DNA of 45,097 nt, taken from positions 1 to 45,097 of the forward strand of contig JAEWCE010000011.1 in the NCBI GenBank assembly GCA_023390785.1, written 5' to 3'. Position numbers and translations under genes: made by a program. Numbering within the stretch: position 1 is the stretch's first letter; every line of letters begins with the position of its first letter. The stretch is from Pseudomonadota bacterium. GTDB taxonomy: Bacteria > Pseudomonadota > Alphaproteobacteria > Rhizobiales > Devosiaceae. The notes beneath the pieces were generated by a model, which ran no database searches, was not told the origin of the DNA, and saw nothing but the letters and a program-made list of their open reading frames with translations. Positions 1-9,362 of the stretch are shown in pieces.

Positions 1-1
1 C

Positions 2-541
2 ACCGGACTTGGGCTGAGCATGGTCTATGGTTTTGTGAAGCAGTCCGGCGGGCACGTGACCGTTTACAGCGAACAGGGCCACGGCACGACCGTGAAGCTC
101 TATTTCCCACGCTATGTGGGCGATGCAACCGCGATGACAGGCGCGCCCGAACTGCCGATACCGACAAGCAGCGAGGGTGAGATCATCCTCGTCGTGGAAG
201 ACAACGACGACGTTCGAGCCTACAGCACCACGATCCTCTCGGAGCTCGGATACGCCGTTCTGGAGGCTCGTGATGCGGAAACGGCATTGTCGCTGCTGCG
301 CACTGGACAACGCGTGGATCTGCTCTTCACCGATGTGGTTCTGCCCGGCAAGACCGGCAAGGTGCTGGCCGATGCGGCGGCGGAGCTACGTCCGGGACTG
401 AAGGTACTCTTCACCACCGGCTACTCCCGCAACGCCATCGTTCACCAAGGGCGACTGGACGCCGGCGTGAACCTCATCACCAAACCCTTCACGTTCGAGC
501 AACTGGCTGCTCGGGTTCGGGACCTGCTGGACAGGAACTAG
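2..541 (+). CDS. Hybrid sensor histidine kinase/response regulator, C-terminal part (5' truncated by window)
   Basis: Frame open from nt 2: TGLGLSMVYGFVKQSGG (HATPase G2 box), then a receiver domain (LVVEDN, LLFTDVVLPG, KPF). Confidence 0.92.
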   Translation, partial: TGLGLSMVYGFVKQSGGHVTVYSEQGHGTTVKLYFPRYVGDATAMTGAPELPIPTSSEGEIILVVEDNDDVRAYSTTILSELGYAVLEARDAETALSLLRTGQRVDLLFTDVVLPGKTGKVLADAAAELRPGLKVLFTTGYSRNAIVHQGRLDAGVNLITKPFTFEQLAARVRDLLDRN

Positions 542-691
542 GATATCACGGGCCTCGAACGGAAGTTGAAGGCGTGGCGTTCAGAAGCCCAGGACGCGAG
601 TCGTTCTAGCCGTCACGGGGCGGCTCTATGGCGTGTCGTTTGTCGCTTTCGGGCCAACTCGGCATCGCGACGTCAGCCGTGTCCTATGCTC

Positions 692-1597
692 TCAGCTCAA
701 CTCGCGTGGAGTCAAGGTCGTCCTGGCGATGAGCGTTTCGCCCAAAGTCAGGATCTGTGGCGCCTCGACACCTATGCCCGTTCGGTTGTGGGCATCGATG
801 CTATGACTGACGGGTTCGACGCAAACATAGTCCGCGGCTGCAGAGGGCGAAAAGAGAACGACTGTCCTGAGCGGCGCCGACGCCGAGATGTCCACCGCCA
901 GGCCACGATCGGGCCAAGCCAGTGTGGCATTCCCGTTCCAGCCTGTGAGGGCGTTGTTGACAAAGGTCTCAGGCAACAGACGGCCTGTGGTGAAATCGAA
1001 GATGCCGTCACCTGCCGTCGGTAGATACACATCAGGAAGATGGTCGGCTGTCTCAGTCCAGTACCCGGCGGCGGACATGGTCAGGCGCATGTCCGGTGAG
1101 CGCACGAACCAGGGATGAAGACCTGCGCCAAACGGCAGGCTCAGGGGGCCGTGGTTGGTGATCGCGAGGTTGACCGTCAATGCGCCGCCCTCGAGCGCAT
1201 AGTCGACTTCGGCAAGATAGCGAAAATCGCCCGGACCCTCTGAATCGAGGACGAGCGAAGCGCGGGTCTCGTTGCTGGCGCGCACTCTCCAGGGGAGCAT
1301 GAACGCGTTGCCGTGGATCGGATAGGGGCCATTCATGTTGGGGTGCAGCGCGTGAAAGGCTCCATCGTGCCAGAATCCGCCGCCGGAAATTCGGTTCGAG
1401 AACGGGATCAGCAAATTGAGGCCAAGGGCGAACGGGCCTGATCTTTGCGGTGAAGGCGCTGTTTGAAAGATTGGCAGGACCCGGCCGTCACCGCGGACGT
1501 AGTCATAGCGTCCCATCGCGGCGCCCATGTGCGGGTGCACCTCAGCGCGTGCCCGTCCATCGTCCAGAACCAGGATGTCAGCGCTCGGTGACGGCAT
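692..1597 (-). CDS. Aldose 1-epimerase family protein
   Basis: PFSNRI, IHGNA, GLHPWF and CVEP motifs of the mutarotase-like family. Confidence 0.88.
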   Translation of the reverse strand: MPSPSADILVLDDGRARAEVHPHMGAAMGRYDYVRGDGRVLPIFQTAPSPQRSGPFALGLNLLIPFSNRISGGGFWHDGAFHALHPNMNGPYPIHGNAFMLPWRVRASNETRASLVLDSEGPGDFRYLAEVDYALEGGALTVNLAITNHGPLSLPFGAGLHPWFVRSPDMRLTMSAAGYWTETADHLPDVYLPTAGDGIFDFTTGRLLPETFVNNALTGWNGNATLAWPDRGLAVDISASAPLRTVVLFSPSAAADYVCVEPVSHSIDAHNRTGIGVEAPQILTLGETLIARTTLTPRELS

Positions 1598-1609
1598 GGT
1601 ATGTTCAGG

Positions 1610-3694
1610 TTATCTGATCCGGGAAACTGCGACTGCCGCCGAGCCGAACCTGTCGTCGATATGGACAAGCAGACCCTCTGCCAGCTGCTGTCCATTCCGC
1701 CGTTCGGCGCCGCCATCCAGGAACGCGACGTCATCGCCTGCGGCAGGGTCAAGGCCATGCAGACAGAAGCTCTTGTCAGCGTCGTCGCCCTCGAGCCGGA
1801 AGAAATAGCCGACGCCACGGGAGCCGTCTTTTGCAGCATACCAGATCGCGGCCCAATCACCGTGGCCATCGAGCGGCGGAGGCGGTGTGAGAAGGTACTG
1901 GTCGCCCTGGCTGATGGTGTCGCGTGCCTTCTGCTTGTACCAGGCAATGTGCTGCCGCGCCGTGCCGATCTCGGCCTCGCTCCAGAGATTGAGCTTGGAG
2001 CTCAAGCCAAAACTGCCGAGCATGGCGACGCGCAGGCGGAACCTGAGATCGCCGCGGCCGTCCCAATGCCATTCGAGGCTCGGATCGCTGTTTTTCCGCG
2101 CATCCGGTGCAGGCTGCGGCCAGTCGATCAGCCAGTCGTTGCAGAGCCTGGCCGGGTGGGCCAGGTGAGAGCCAAAGTGGATCGCGAGGTTCTTCACGGC
2201 CTGCCACTGATCGCTCATCCAGTTCACATGGGCATTGCGCAACAGGGCGCCGTCAAATCGCCCGCCGCCGGAGGCGCACATCTCGAGCACCAGACCGGGC
2301 ATTGCCTGCCGGATCTCCTGCTGTAGCCGATAGATACCGCGTACATGTTCGATCATCGGGTCGCGCCGGGCGAGGTGACCCGGGGTTGCGGGCGACCAGC
2401 CACCAGACACCAGATCGGCGTTGAAATCCCACTTCATCCACGCGGCGCCTGTGGCCTTGAGGATTGCGAGCATGCGATCGCGCACCCACTCGCGGGCCGA
2501 CGGGATACCCAGATTGAGGATCGCGCGTTTGTGGGGATCAGGCGGGCGCCCATGTATCCAGTGCATCCACTCGGGATGGCTTTGACGCAACTGGGACTGG
2601 GCGCCGATGCCTTCGGGCTCGAACCAAAGTCCGAAGCCGATACCGATGTTGCGGCAGTGATCGGCCAATTCCTCGAGGCCTCTGGGGAAGCGCCCCCGGT
2701 GCACGGCCCAGTCGCCGGTCGAGTGCCACAGGTCATCGCTTTGCGGCTCGACGTCGTTGCTGTACCAGCCGCCGTCAAGCACGAAGACCTCGCAGCCCAG
2801 GTCGTGGGCCGTGCCGGCCAGAGCGATCATGCTCTCGGATGTTGGGTCGCCTGAGTACGGGTACCAGGAATTGAACTGCACGGGGATCGAGGCGACGTCG
2901 ACGAGCTGGAGCCGGCGTCTCACATCGTGCAGGCGCTGGGTCGCGGCATTGAGATCGCGGGCGACGCGCAGCATCAAGACTTCCGGCAGATCCAGACTCT
3001 CCCCCGCTTCGAGCCGAATATCGACACCGGTTTCGGGAAGCCCGCCGGCAACGATGGCGTCCCCGCCGCGCGTGCGCGCATGCAGATGCCAATTGCCAGA
3101 CCAGAGCAACTCCACGATGTAGGTGCTGTCGGTTGTCTCCAACGCCAGATAGGGCTGGAACTCGAAACCGGTCTTGCCCGATCGACTTTCGAGCAGGAGG
3201 CTCGTGAAGTCCGGCTCGACACGACGCAGCTGCGTCTCGTGTCCCCATGCCCCGGTCAGATATCGCACCGACCGGACCGACTCTCCGAGAAGCACCGAGA
3301 AGGAGAGCGCGGCGCGGATATCGACAGCATCCCATGATGTCGCCCGCAGCGTTGTCGTGCGACGTAGAGAGCCAGTTGAGTCATCGAAAATGAATGCAAC
3401 GTCAGCGCAAAGCTGCGTGCTCTCGAGCATGATTCCGAGGCCATCACTGCGCTGCTGAACGACAACCCGGTCCCAGAAGATCCGGTCGCGATTGGGACCG
3501 ACGAACACGGCAGCCTCAGGTCGCGTCTCACGCAACTGGTCGAAATTCTGATGGTGATCGGGAGTGGTAGCAACCGGCCCGTCGAAATCGGGGCCGAAGT
3601 AGATGTTGCGCAACGCTCCATCCAGGAACGCCAGATCGTAACGGTTGCGGGCGAAGCGTATGGTCCATCGATCGGCGTCGGATTCAATCTCCAT
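1610..3694 (-). CDS. Alpha-galactosidase, glycoside hydrolase family 36
   Basis: FNSW, FVLDGGW, FGLWFEPE, KWDFN (nucleophile), EMCASGGGRFD, WMSD (acid/base); no signal peptide. Confidence 0.9.
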   Translation of the reverse strand: MEIESDADRWTIRFARNRYDLAFLDGALRNIYFGPDFDGPVATTPDHHQNFDQLRETRPEAAVFVGPNRDRIFWDRVVVQQRSDGLGIMLESTQLCADVAFIFDDSTGSLRRTTTLRATSWDAVDIRAALSFSVLLGESVRSVRYLTGAWGHETQLRRVEPDFTSLLLESRSGKTGFEFQPYLALETTDSTYIVELLWSGNWHLHARTRGGDAIVAGGLPETGVDIRLEAGESLDLPEVLMLRVARDLNAATQRLHDVRRRLQLVDVASIPVQFNSWYPYSGDPTSESMIALAGTAHDLGCEVFVLDGGWYSNDVEPQSDDLWHSTGDWAVHRGRFPRGLEELADHCRNIGIGFGLWFEPEGIGAQSQLRQSHPEWMHWIHGRPPDPHKRAILNLGIPSAREWVRDRMLAILKATGAAWMKWDFNADLVSGGWSPATPGHLARRDPMIEHVRGIYRLQQEIRQAMPGLVLEMCASGGGRFDGALLRNAHVNWMSDQWQAVKNLAIHFGSHLAHPARLCNDWLIDWPQPAPDARKNSDPSLEWHWDGRGDLRFRLRVAMLGSFGLSSKLNLWSEAEIGTARQHIAWYKQKARDTISQGDQYLLTPPPPLDGHGDWAAIWYAAKDGSRGVGYFFRLEGDDADKSFCLHGLDPAAGDDVAFLDGGAERRNGQQLAEGLLVHIDDRFGSAAVAVSRIR

Positions 3695-3705
3695 GCCGCC
3701 GTCCC

Positions 3706-4416
3706 TCAGACCTCAGGCGCCTGCTGTCTAAGGTCACTGATGGCGACGTCGAAAAGCTGCAGCATCGCTTCGCTTGCGCCATCGGCATCGCGCAGGCGGA
3801 TGTGCTCCAGGACTTCACCATGCACGGGCAGGGCATGGCCGAGCTTTCGCGCAGTGAAGCGGAACGAATACTTGAGCGCGGCGCCGATGGTCGTTGTAAG
3901 CTGGCGAAGGACGAAATTGTGGCTCGCGGCCAAAATGGCCGTGTGAAAGTCCCGATCGGCTGTGTTGTAGGATTCGAAATCGTTCGCCTCGAGCGCCGCC
4001 CGCATATCGAGGAACGCGCTCTCGATCCTCGCGAGATCAGCCGCCGTCGCGCGTTGCGCGGCGAGCCGGGCGCCGGCCGGCTCGATGATGCGGCGCGCCT
4101 CGATGAGTGCAAACACAACCTTGGGGTCCGCCTCTCCTTCCATCGACCAGGCGAGCAGGTCCGCATCGAGCATGTTCCATTCGTCGCGCGGGCGTATCAT
4201 CGTGCCGATGTGGGGGCGCGACGAGACGAGCCCCTTGCCACCCAGAACTTTCACCGCCTCGCGCAGCGCGCTCCGGCTGATCTGCAACGATTCGCAAAGC
4301 TGCGGTTCGGGCGGCAAGTAGTCCGTATAGTCGCCGCGCAGGATGCCCCGCGCGATAGCCTCGACGACCTGCTGGTGCACCCGTGGCTTCACCAGCGGCC
4401 GGATCGTTTCGTCCAT
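3706..4416 (-). CDS. FadR/GntR family transcriptional regulator (wHTH + FCD)
   Basis: LPPEPQLCESLQISRSALREAVKVL..KGLV; FCD motif ADRDFHTAIL..SHN. Confidence 0.93.
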   Translation of the reverse strand: MDETIRPLVKPRVHQQVVEAIARGILRGDYTDYLPPEPQLCESLQISRSALREAVKVLGGKGLVSSRPHIGTMIRPRDEWNMLDADLLAWSMEGEADPKVVFALIEARRIIEPAGARLAAQRATAADLARIESAFLDMRAALEANDFESYNTADRDFHTAILAASHNFVLRQLTTTIGAALKYSFRFTARKLGHALPVHGEVLEHIRLRDADGASEAMLQLFDVAISDLRQQAPEV

Positions 4417-4477
4417 TATCAGATCAGCCCCGCTTTCGATCCGTCATCTTGGCCCCACTCAGCCTCCAATTACAGCC

Positions 4478-4507
4478 TTGACGTTTGGTTTGCAATAATC
4501 ATACGAT
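4478..4507 (+). promoter_or_regulatory. Candidate sigma70 promoter of the ABC transporter operon
   Basis: TTGACG (4478-4483), 18-nt spacer, TACGAT (4502-4507); the -10 lies inside the first operator-like box. Confidence 0.45.
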
Positions 4508-4551
4508 CGGCGGAGTTTCATCATAAGAATGGCGTCGTCCCATCAGACGAC
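4498..4551. promoter_or_regulatory. Three operator-like boxes at 22-bp period (probable FadR-family sites)
   Basis: ATCATACGAT (4498), ATCATAAGAA (4520), ATCAGACGAC (4542), in the divergent regulator/ABC intergenic region. Confidence 0.6.
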
Positions 4552-4612
4552 GTTTGGAGGAGGCGGCCGACGGAGAGAGGCCGTGCAGGCTCGACGGGTC
4601 AGGGAGGACCTT

Positions 4613-5998
4613 ATGCAGCTCAATCGCAGACAATGGATCATCGGTTCCGCAGCGGGTCTCGCCGCGATGGGAATTGCGCGGCCGACATGGGCAGAGGACG
4701 CGCCGCCGAGCGCGACCGGCGTGCCCTACGTCAAGAAAGACCAGATCAATGGCGGCAAGCCGATCAAGCTCACCTACTGGGAGTGGGTGAACACCCGCGC
4801 CGAGTATGAGAAGCGCTGGGCCGACGAGTACCACGCGATGTATCCCAACGTGGAAATCGAAGTGGTGATGCAGCCCTGGGAGCAGTACTTCCAGGCGCTC
4901 GCGACCAACATCCCGTCGGGGCAGCCGGCGCTCTACCACATGCACACCAGCCGGGCCTCGCAGTTTTGCGACTCCAAGCTCATGGACCCGATTCCGTCCG
5001 ATGTGGCGGATCCCGAGTACCTCAAGAAAAACTGGGTCGGTTTTGCCGAGGGTGCCCTTTCTTGTGACGACGGCTCGATCAATTTCGTGCCGATGGGAAC
5101 GCAGCTGCCCATCCTGCTGATCAACACCGATATGTGGAAGGCCGCCGGCCTCACCGAGGCGGATATTCCCAAGACTTGGGAGCAGCTCCGCCAGGCTGCG
5201 ATCAAACTGACGAAGAAGGACGGCCGTGGCCGCATCAACGTCGCCGGCCTGTCGATGATTCCGCAGGAATATCTGCAGAACGCGATCTACCAGCAGGGCC
5301 GCTACATATTCACCGCCGACACCAAGAAGGTGCAGGTGCAGAATCCCGAGTTCAAAAAGGCGGTGCAGTTCTTCTCCGACCTCCTGCACGTGGACAATGC
5401 CTTCGACCCGGCGTTGATCCAGCTGCAATGGAATGCCTTCCTCGGCCAAAAGGCGGCGATGTATATCGGCTTCTCGTGGATCGTCGGAAGCGTGCGACCC
5501 TTGTCGAAGGACATGGGGTGGATCGGTGTTCCAATGCCAACCCCTACCGGCGACTTCAAGCCCGCCTACGGCAACATGCCGATGCCGGTGGAAGCGGCGG
5601 TAAATCCCTATGCACCCGCCGACGCCAAGGCGGTGGCTTGGGACTTCTGGCACTATACCTATTCGCGTCCCAGTAACGTGCTCAATGACATGGCCCTCAA
5701 CAACGGCTTCGTGCCTGCCTACAACCCGGTCCTCCAGGACAAGGCCGTGCAGGACGATCCCATCACTTCGGCGCTGGCGCCGGCAATGGAATACAGCATC
5801 ATCAACATCGTCCCCGATGCGATCCGTGACGAGCAGAACCAGCTGCTGCAGCAGGTCATCCTCGACCCCAACGACCTCGACGGCAAGCTGGCCGCAGCAG
5901 AGCAGAAGATGAATGCCGTGCTGGCACAGCGGGCCAGTTGGCCCATTCTCGAGCGAAACTACAAGCACCACGACCTGATGATCCCGAACCAGCCGTAA
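4613..5998 (+). CDS. Carbohydrate ABC transporter substrate-binding protein with Tat-type signal
   Basis: GGAGG RBS before ATG 4613; NRRQWIIG...TWA signal; YPNVEIEV, NTDMWKAAGL, PKTWEQL motifs. Confidence 0.9.
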   Translation: MQLNRRQWIIGSAAGLAAMGIARPTWAEDAPPSATGVPYVKKDQINGGKPIKLTYWEWVNTRAEYEKRWADEYHAMYPNVEIEVVMQPWEQYFQALATNIPSGQPALYHMHTSRASQFCDSKLMDPIPSDVADPEYLKKNWVGFAEGALSCDDGSINFVPMGTQLPILLINTDMWKAAGLTEADIPKTWEQLRQAAIKLTKKDGRGRINVAGLSMIPQEYLQNAIYQQGRYIFTADTKKVQVQNPEFKKAVQFFSDLLHVDNAFDPALIQLQWNAFLGQKAAMYIGFSWIVGSVRPLSKDMGWIGVPMPTPTGDFKPAYGNMPMPVEAAVNPYAPADAKAVAWDFWHYTYSRPSNVLNDMALNNGFVPAYNPVLQDKAVQDDPITSALAPAMEYSIINIVPDAIRDEQNQLLQQVILDPNDLDGKLAAAEQKMNAVLAQRASWPILERNYKHHDLMIPNQP

Positions 5999-6084
5999 GC
6001 TGGCTGCGGAGCTGACGACAACGACGGTTTGAAGAGGGGGTGCCGGAGCCATCCGGCTCCCCTTCTCAAATGGGGGAGTGGACC

Positions 6085-6984
6085 ATGCGGCAGCCGAGGG
6101 AGACCACGCTCTTCGTCTGGGGCGCGATCATCCTGACGGTCGCCTTCTTTCTGATCTGGTACATCCTGCCGATCGGCTGGACCATCGGGCTCAGCTTCTT
6201 CCAGTGGAGTCCCAACAACCCTTCCAACCACTTCATCGGCCTCGACAATTATCGCGAGGCGCTCGTCCTGGACGATGTATTCTGGCAGGGCCTGTGGGTG
6301 TCGGTCTACTTCACCATCGGCAATGTCGGCGGCGGCACCATCCTGGCCGTCCTCATCGCCAATGCCCTGCGCTCGATCCCGCGCTTCAAGACCTTCGTGC
6401 GGCTTGCCTACTTTCTTCCGGCCGTGGTGACGGTCGTTGCCGCTGCCGTCGTGTGGAAGACAATCTTCGAGCCACGCTTCGGTATCCTCAATAACGGTCT
6501 GTATTTTCTCACCGACCTGCTCGGGCTGCCCGATTTCCCGGAGATCGGCTGGACCACCACCACGCAGTGGGCGATGCCCACGGTGATCCTGTTCGGGCTG
6601 TGGAAGTACTTGGGTATCCGCGTGATCATCCTGCTGGCCGCCATGGAGGCGGTGCCGCGCATGTACTATGAAGCAGCGGAGATCGACGGCGCGACGCGCT
6701 GGCAGCAGTTCTGGTTCGTTACACTGCCGTCGATCCAGCCGGCTCTGTGGTTCGTCCTGATCACCGGCGTCATCAACAGCCTGCAGATCTTCGAGCCCAA
6801 TTTTGTGGTCACGGCCGGCGGGCCGGCGCGCTCGACGGAATCGCTCGTGATGCTGATCCTCGAGCAGGCGTTCCGGCTCGGGCGCTTCGGCTACGGTGCG
6901 TCGATCTCTGTGATCCTCTTCACCATTATCGCCGCGCTGAGCCTTGGCCTCTTCTTCTTTTCGCGGGGAAGGCAGGTCCAATGA
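6085..6984 (+). CDS. Carbohydrate ABC transporter permease (UgpA/MalF-like)
   Basis: FIGLDNY; EAA loop YYEAAEIDGATRWQQF; GGGGAG RBS. Confidence 0.93.
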   Translation: MRQPRETTLFVWGAIILTVAFFLIWYILPIGWTIGLSFFQWSPNNPSNHFIGLDNYREALVLDDVFWQGLWVSVYFTIGNVGGGTILAVLIANALRSIPRFKTFVRLAYFLPAVVTVVAAAVVWKTIFEPRFGILNNGLYFLTDLLGLPDFPEIGWTTTTQWAMPTVILFGLWKYLGIRVIILLAAMEAVPRMYYEAAEIDGATRWQQFWFVTLPSIQPALWFVLITGVINSLQIFEPNFVVTAGGPARSTESLVMLILEQAFRLGRFGYGASISVILFTIIAALSLGLFFFSRGRQVQ

Positions 6985-7808
6985 CAAGGTACTTCCGCGG
7001 CTGGACCTTTGGTCATTTGCTGCTGCTGCTCGGCGGCCTCGTGATGCTGTTTCCGATGGTCTGGATGCTGCTGTCCGCCTTCAAGACCGAACAGGAGATG
7101 TTCGATTATCCGCCGCAGCTGCTGCCCAAGCGGTTCACGCTGGAAGTGCTGCAATACATGTGGGGGCAGCGCAACTTTTCCCGCATGTTCGTGAACTCGA
7201 CGATTGTCGCGGCAGTGGTCACGACGCTGACGGTGGCCACGAGTGCTTATATTGGCTTCGTGTTCGCGAAGTTTCGGTTTCGGTTCCGTGAGGGGCTGTT
7301 CTATTTCGTCATCGCGACGATGATGATCCCACTTCCCGTTCTGCTCATTCCCCATTTCCAGATCGTATCGTGGCTTGGCTGGGTGAACACCTATCAGGGA
7401 CTGATCGCACCTTTTGCACTGAGCGCCTTCGGCATTTTCCTGATGCGCGGTTTCATGATCGACTTTCCCGACGAGTTGATCGAGGCGGCGCGTATTGACG
7501 GCGCTTCGGCCCTGCGCACTTTCGTGATGATTGTGCTGCCCACGATGGCGCCGGCCTGCGCCGCACTCGGCATCATCACATTTCTGCATCAGTGGGAATC
7601 CCTGCTCTGGCCGATCGTGGTCGCCAACCAGTCCGACATGCAGACGCTCTCGGTCGGGCTCGCAAGCCTGACCTCGCAGACAGCCGAAAACTCATCGCTG
7701 ATGAACCCGTTTGCCGGCGCGTTCATCGCCGCGGCGCCACTTGTGATCATGTTCCTGCTGTTCCAGCGGCACATCATCCAGGGCATCGCGATCACGGGGC
7801 TCAAGTAG
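6981..7808 (+). CDS. Carbohydrate ABC transporter permease (UgpE/MalG-like)
   Basis: ATGA overlap with upstream gene; ELIEAARIDGA; FQRHIIQGIAITGLK. Confidence 0.93.
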   Translation: MTRYFRGWTFGHLLLLLGGLVMLFPMVWMLLSAFKTEQEMFDYPPQLLPKRFTLEVLQYMWGQRNFSRMFVNSTIVAAVVTTLTVATSAYIGFVFAKFRFRFREGLFYFVIATMMIPLPVLLIPHFQIVSWLGWVNTYQGLIAPFALSAFGIFLMRGFMIDFPDELIEAARIDGASALRTFVMIVLPTMAPACAALGIITFLHQWESLLWPIVVANQSDMQTLSVGLASLTSQTAENSSLMNPFAGAFIAAAPLVIMFLLFQRHIIQGIAITGLK

Positions 7809-7811
7809 CAA

Positions 7812-9320
7812 ATGACCCGCCCCAACATCTTGCTGGTCTGCACCGACCAACAACGGACCGACACATTGAGTTGCTACGGCAGCACCTTCACGCAAACTCC
7901 TGGCTTCGATCGTGTGGCGCAGCAGGGCACGCGGTTCAATCGCGCCTATTGCCCGAGCGCGGTCTGCACGCCGAGCCGTGCTTCGATGATGACCGGGCAG
8001 TACACCTTGCGTCATGGCGCGTGGAATGTCGGTGTGAATGCACGCGATGACGCGGTGTTCCTGTCGCACCGGCTTGCCGGCGCGGGCTACCAGACCCGGC
8101 TCATTGGCAAGGCGCACTTTCAGTCGTACAGCGCGAATGCTGCATCCTCGCGGGAGTCGGTGGAGGACTACGCCAACGGATATGGCGGCTGGACTGGACC
8201 CTACTACGGGTTCGAGCATGTCGAGCTTGCCCTCGGTCACGCCGCGTGGGGACTTTCCGGGCACTACGGCGCCTGGCTGCGCGAACGCGTTTCGGCTGCA
8301 GACATCGAGCGCTTTCAGAGGTTGGTGAAGCCCGACGACGCGCCGGACTTCGGCGGTAACGCCTATGACTGGGCGATCCCGACGCGGCTGACCAATTCCG
8401 TATGGACGGCCGACCGTGCCGTCGCATTCCTCGAGGAGGAACGCGGCGCCGACGACCCGTTCTTCCTGTTCGTCAGCTTTCAGGACCCACACCACCCGCA
8501 CATGGTGCCGACCGACTACCACAATCGGGTCGATCCGGCGGCGGTTCCGTTGCCGGCGTTCGACCCCGCCGAGATCGATGATCTGCCACCACATTTCCGG
8601 GCGGCACACCAAGGCAGGCTCAAGGGCTCGGAGTTCGCGGGGCGCTGGCCGGTCTCGGGCCAGCACGACGGTTTCGACTACCGGCACGTTCCCGAAGACG
8701 CGCAGCGGAACGGGCGGGCCTACTACCATACGATGGTGCGCCTGATCGACGACCAGCTTGTCCGACTCTGGAACACGCTCGATCGGCACCGGCTCACCGA
8801 AAACACACTGGTCATCGTCACCAGTGATCACGGCGAACTTCTGGGCGATCACGGGCTGTGGATGAAGGGGCCTTTCCATTACGAGCCGCTGGCAAGGGTG
8901 CCGTTCCTCGCCATGGGGCCGGGCATCGCACAGGGCGCGGAGGACGACGGCCTCATAAGCCTGGTTGACGTCGCGCCAACGTGCCTCAGTGCCGCGGGCG
9001 TCCCCTTCGACGCCGACGACATGGACGGTATCGACATTACGAGCCGACAACGCGCCGGCCATGACACCGTACTGTGCGAGACAGTTCTCGACTGGCAGGG
9101 TCTCATTTGCCGGAGCGTCATCGGTGAGCGCCACAAGATGACCTGGTACGCGGGCCGCGACTTCGGCGAGTTGTTCGATCTCGCCGCAGACCCCGGCGAG
9201 GTGCACAACCTGTGGAACGATGTCGGCAGCGCCTCCATCCGCGCCGACCTTCTCAGCGCGCTCGCCGACCACGACACCCGCATGCAGGCGTCGCGCAACC
9301 CGCGGATCGCCTATGCCTGA
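7812..9320 (+). CDS. Formylglycine-dependent (Cys-type) sulfatase, cytoplasmic
   Basis: PNILL..TDQQR, CTPSRAS signature, GKAH, DPHHP, TSDHG; no signal peptide. Confidence 0.92.
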   Translation: MTRPNILLVCTDQQRTDTLSCYGSTFTQTPGFDRVAQQGTRFNRAYCPSAVCTPSRASMMTGQYTLRHGAWNVGVNARDDAVFLSHRLAGAGYQTRLIGKAHFQSYSANAASSRESVEDYANGYGGWTGPYYGFEHVELALGHAAWGLSGHYGAWLRERVSAADIERFQRLVKPDDAPDFGGNAYDWAIPTRLTNSVWTADRAVAFLEEERGADDPFFLFVSFQDPHHPHMVPTDYHNRVDPAAVPLPAFDPAEIDDLPPHFRAAHQGRLKGSEFAGRWPVSGQHDGFDYRHVPEDAQRNGRAYYHTMVRLIDDQLVRLWNTLDRHRLTENTLVIVTSDHGELLGDHGLWMKGPFHYEPLARVPFLAMGPGIAQGAEDDGLISLVDVAPTCLSAAGVPFDADDMDGIDITSRQRAGHDTVLCETVLDWQGLICRSVIGERHKMTWYAGRDFGELFDLAADPGEVHNLWNDVGSASIRADLLSALADHDTRMQASRNPRIAYA

Positions 9321-9362
9321 CCCACAATCATCCCCACGCGCCGTTTCGAATAGGACTTTGCC

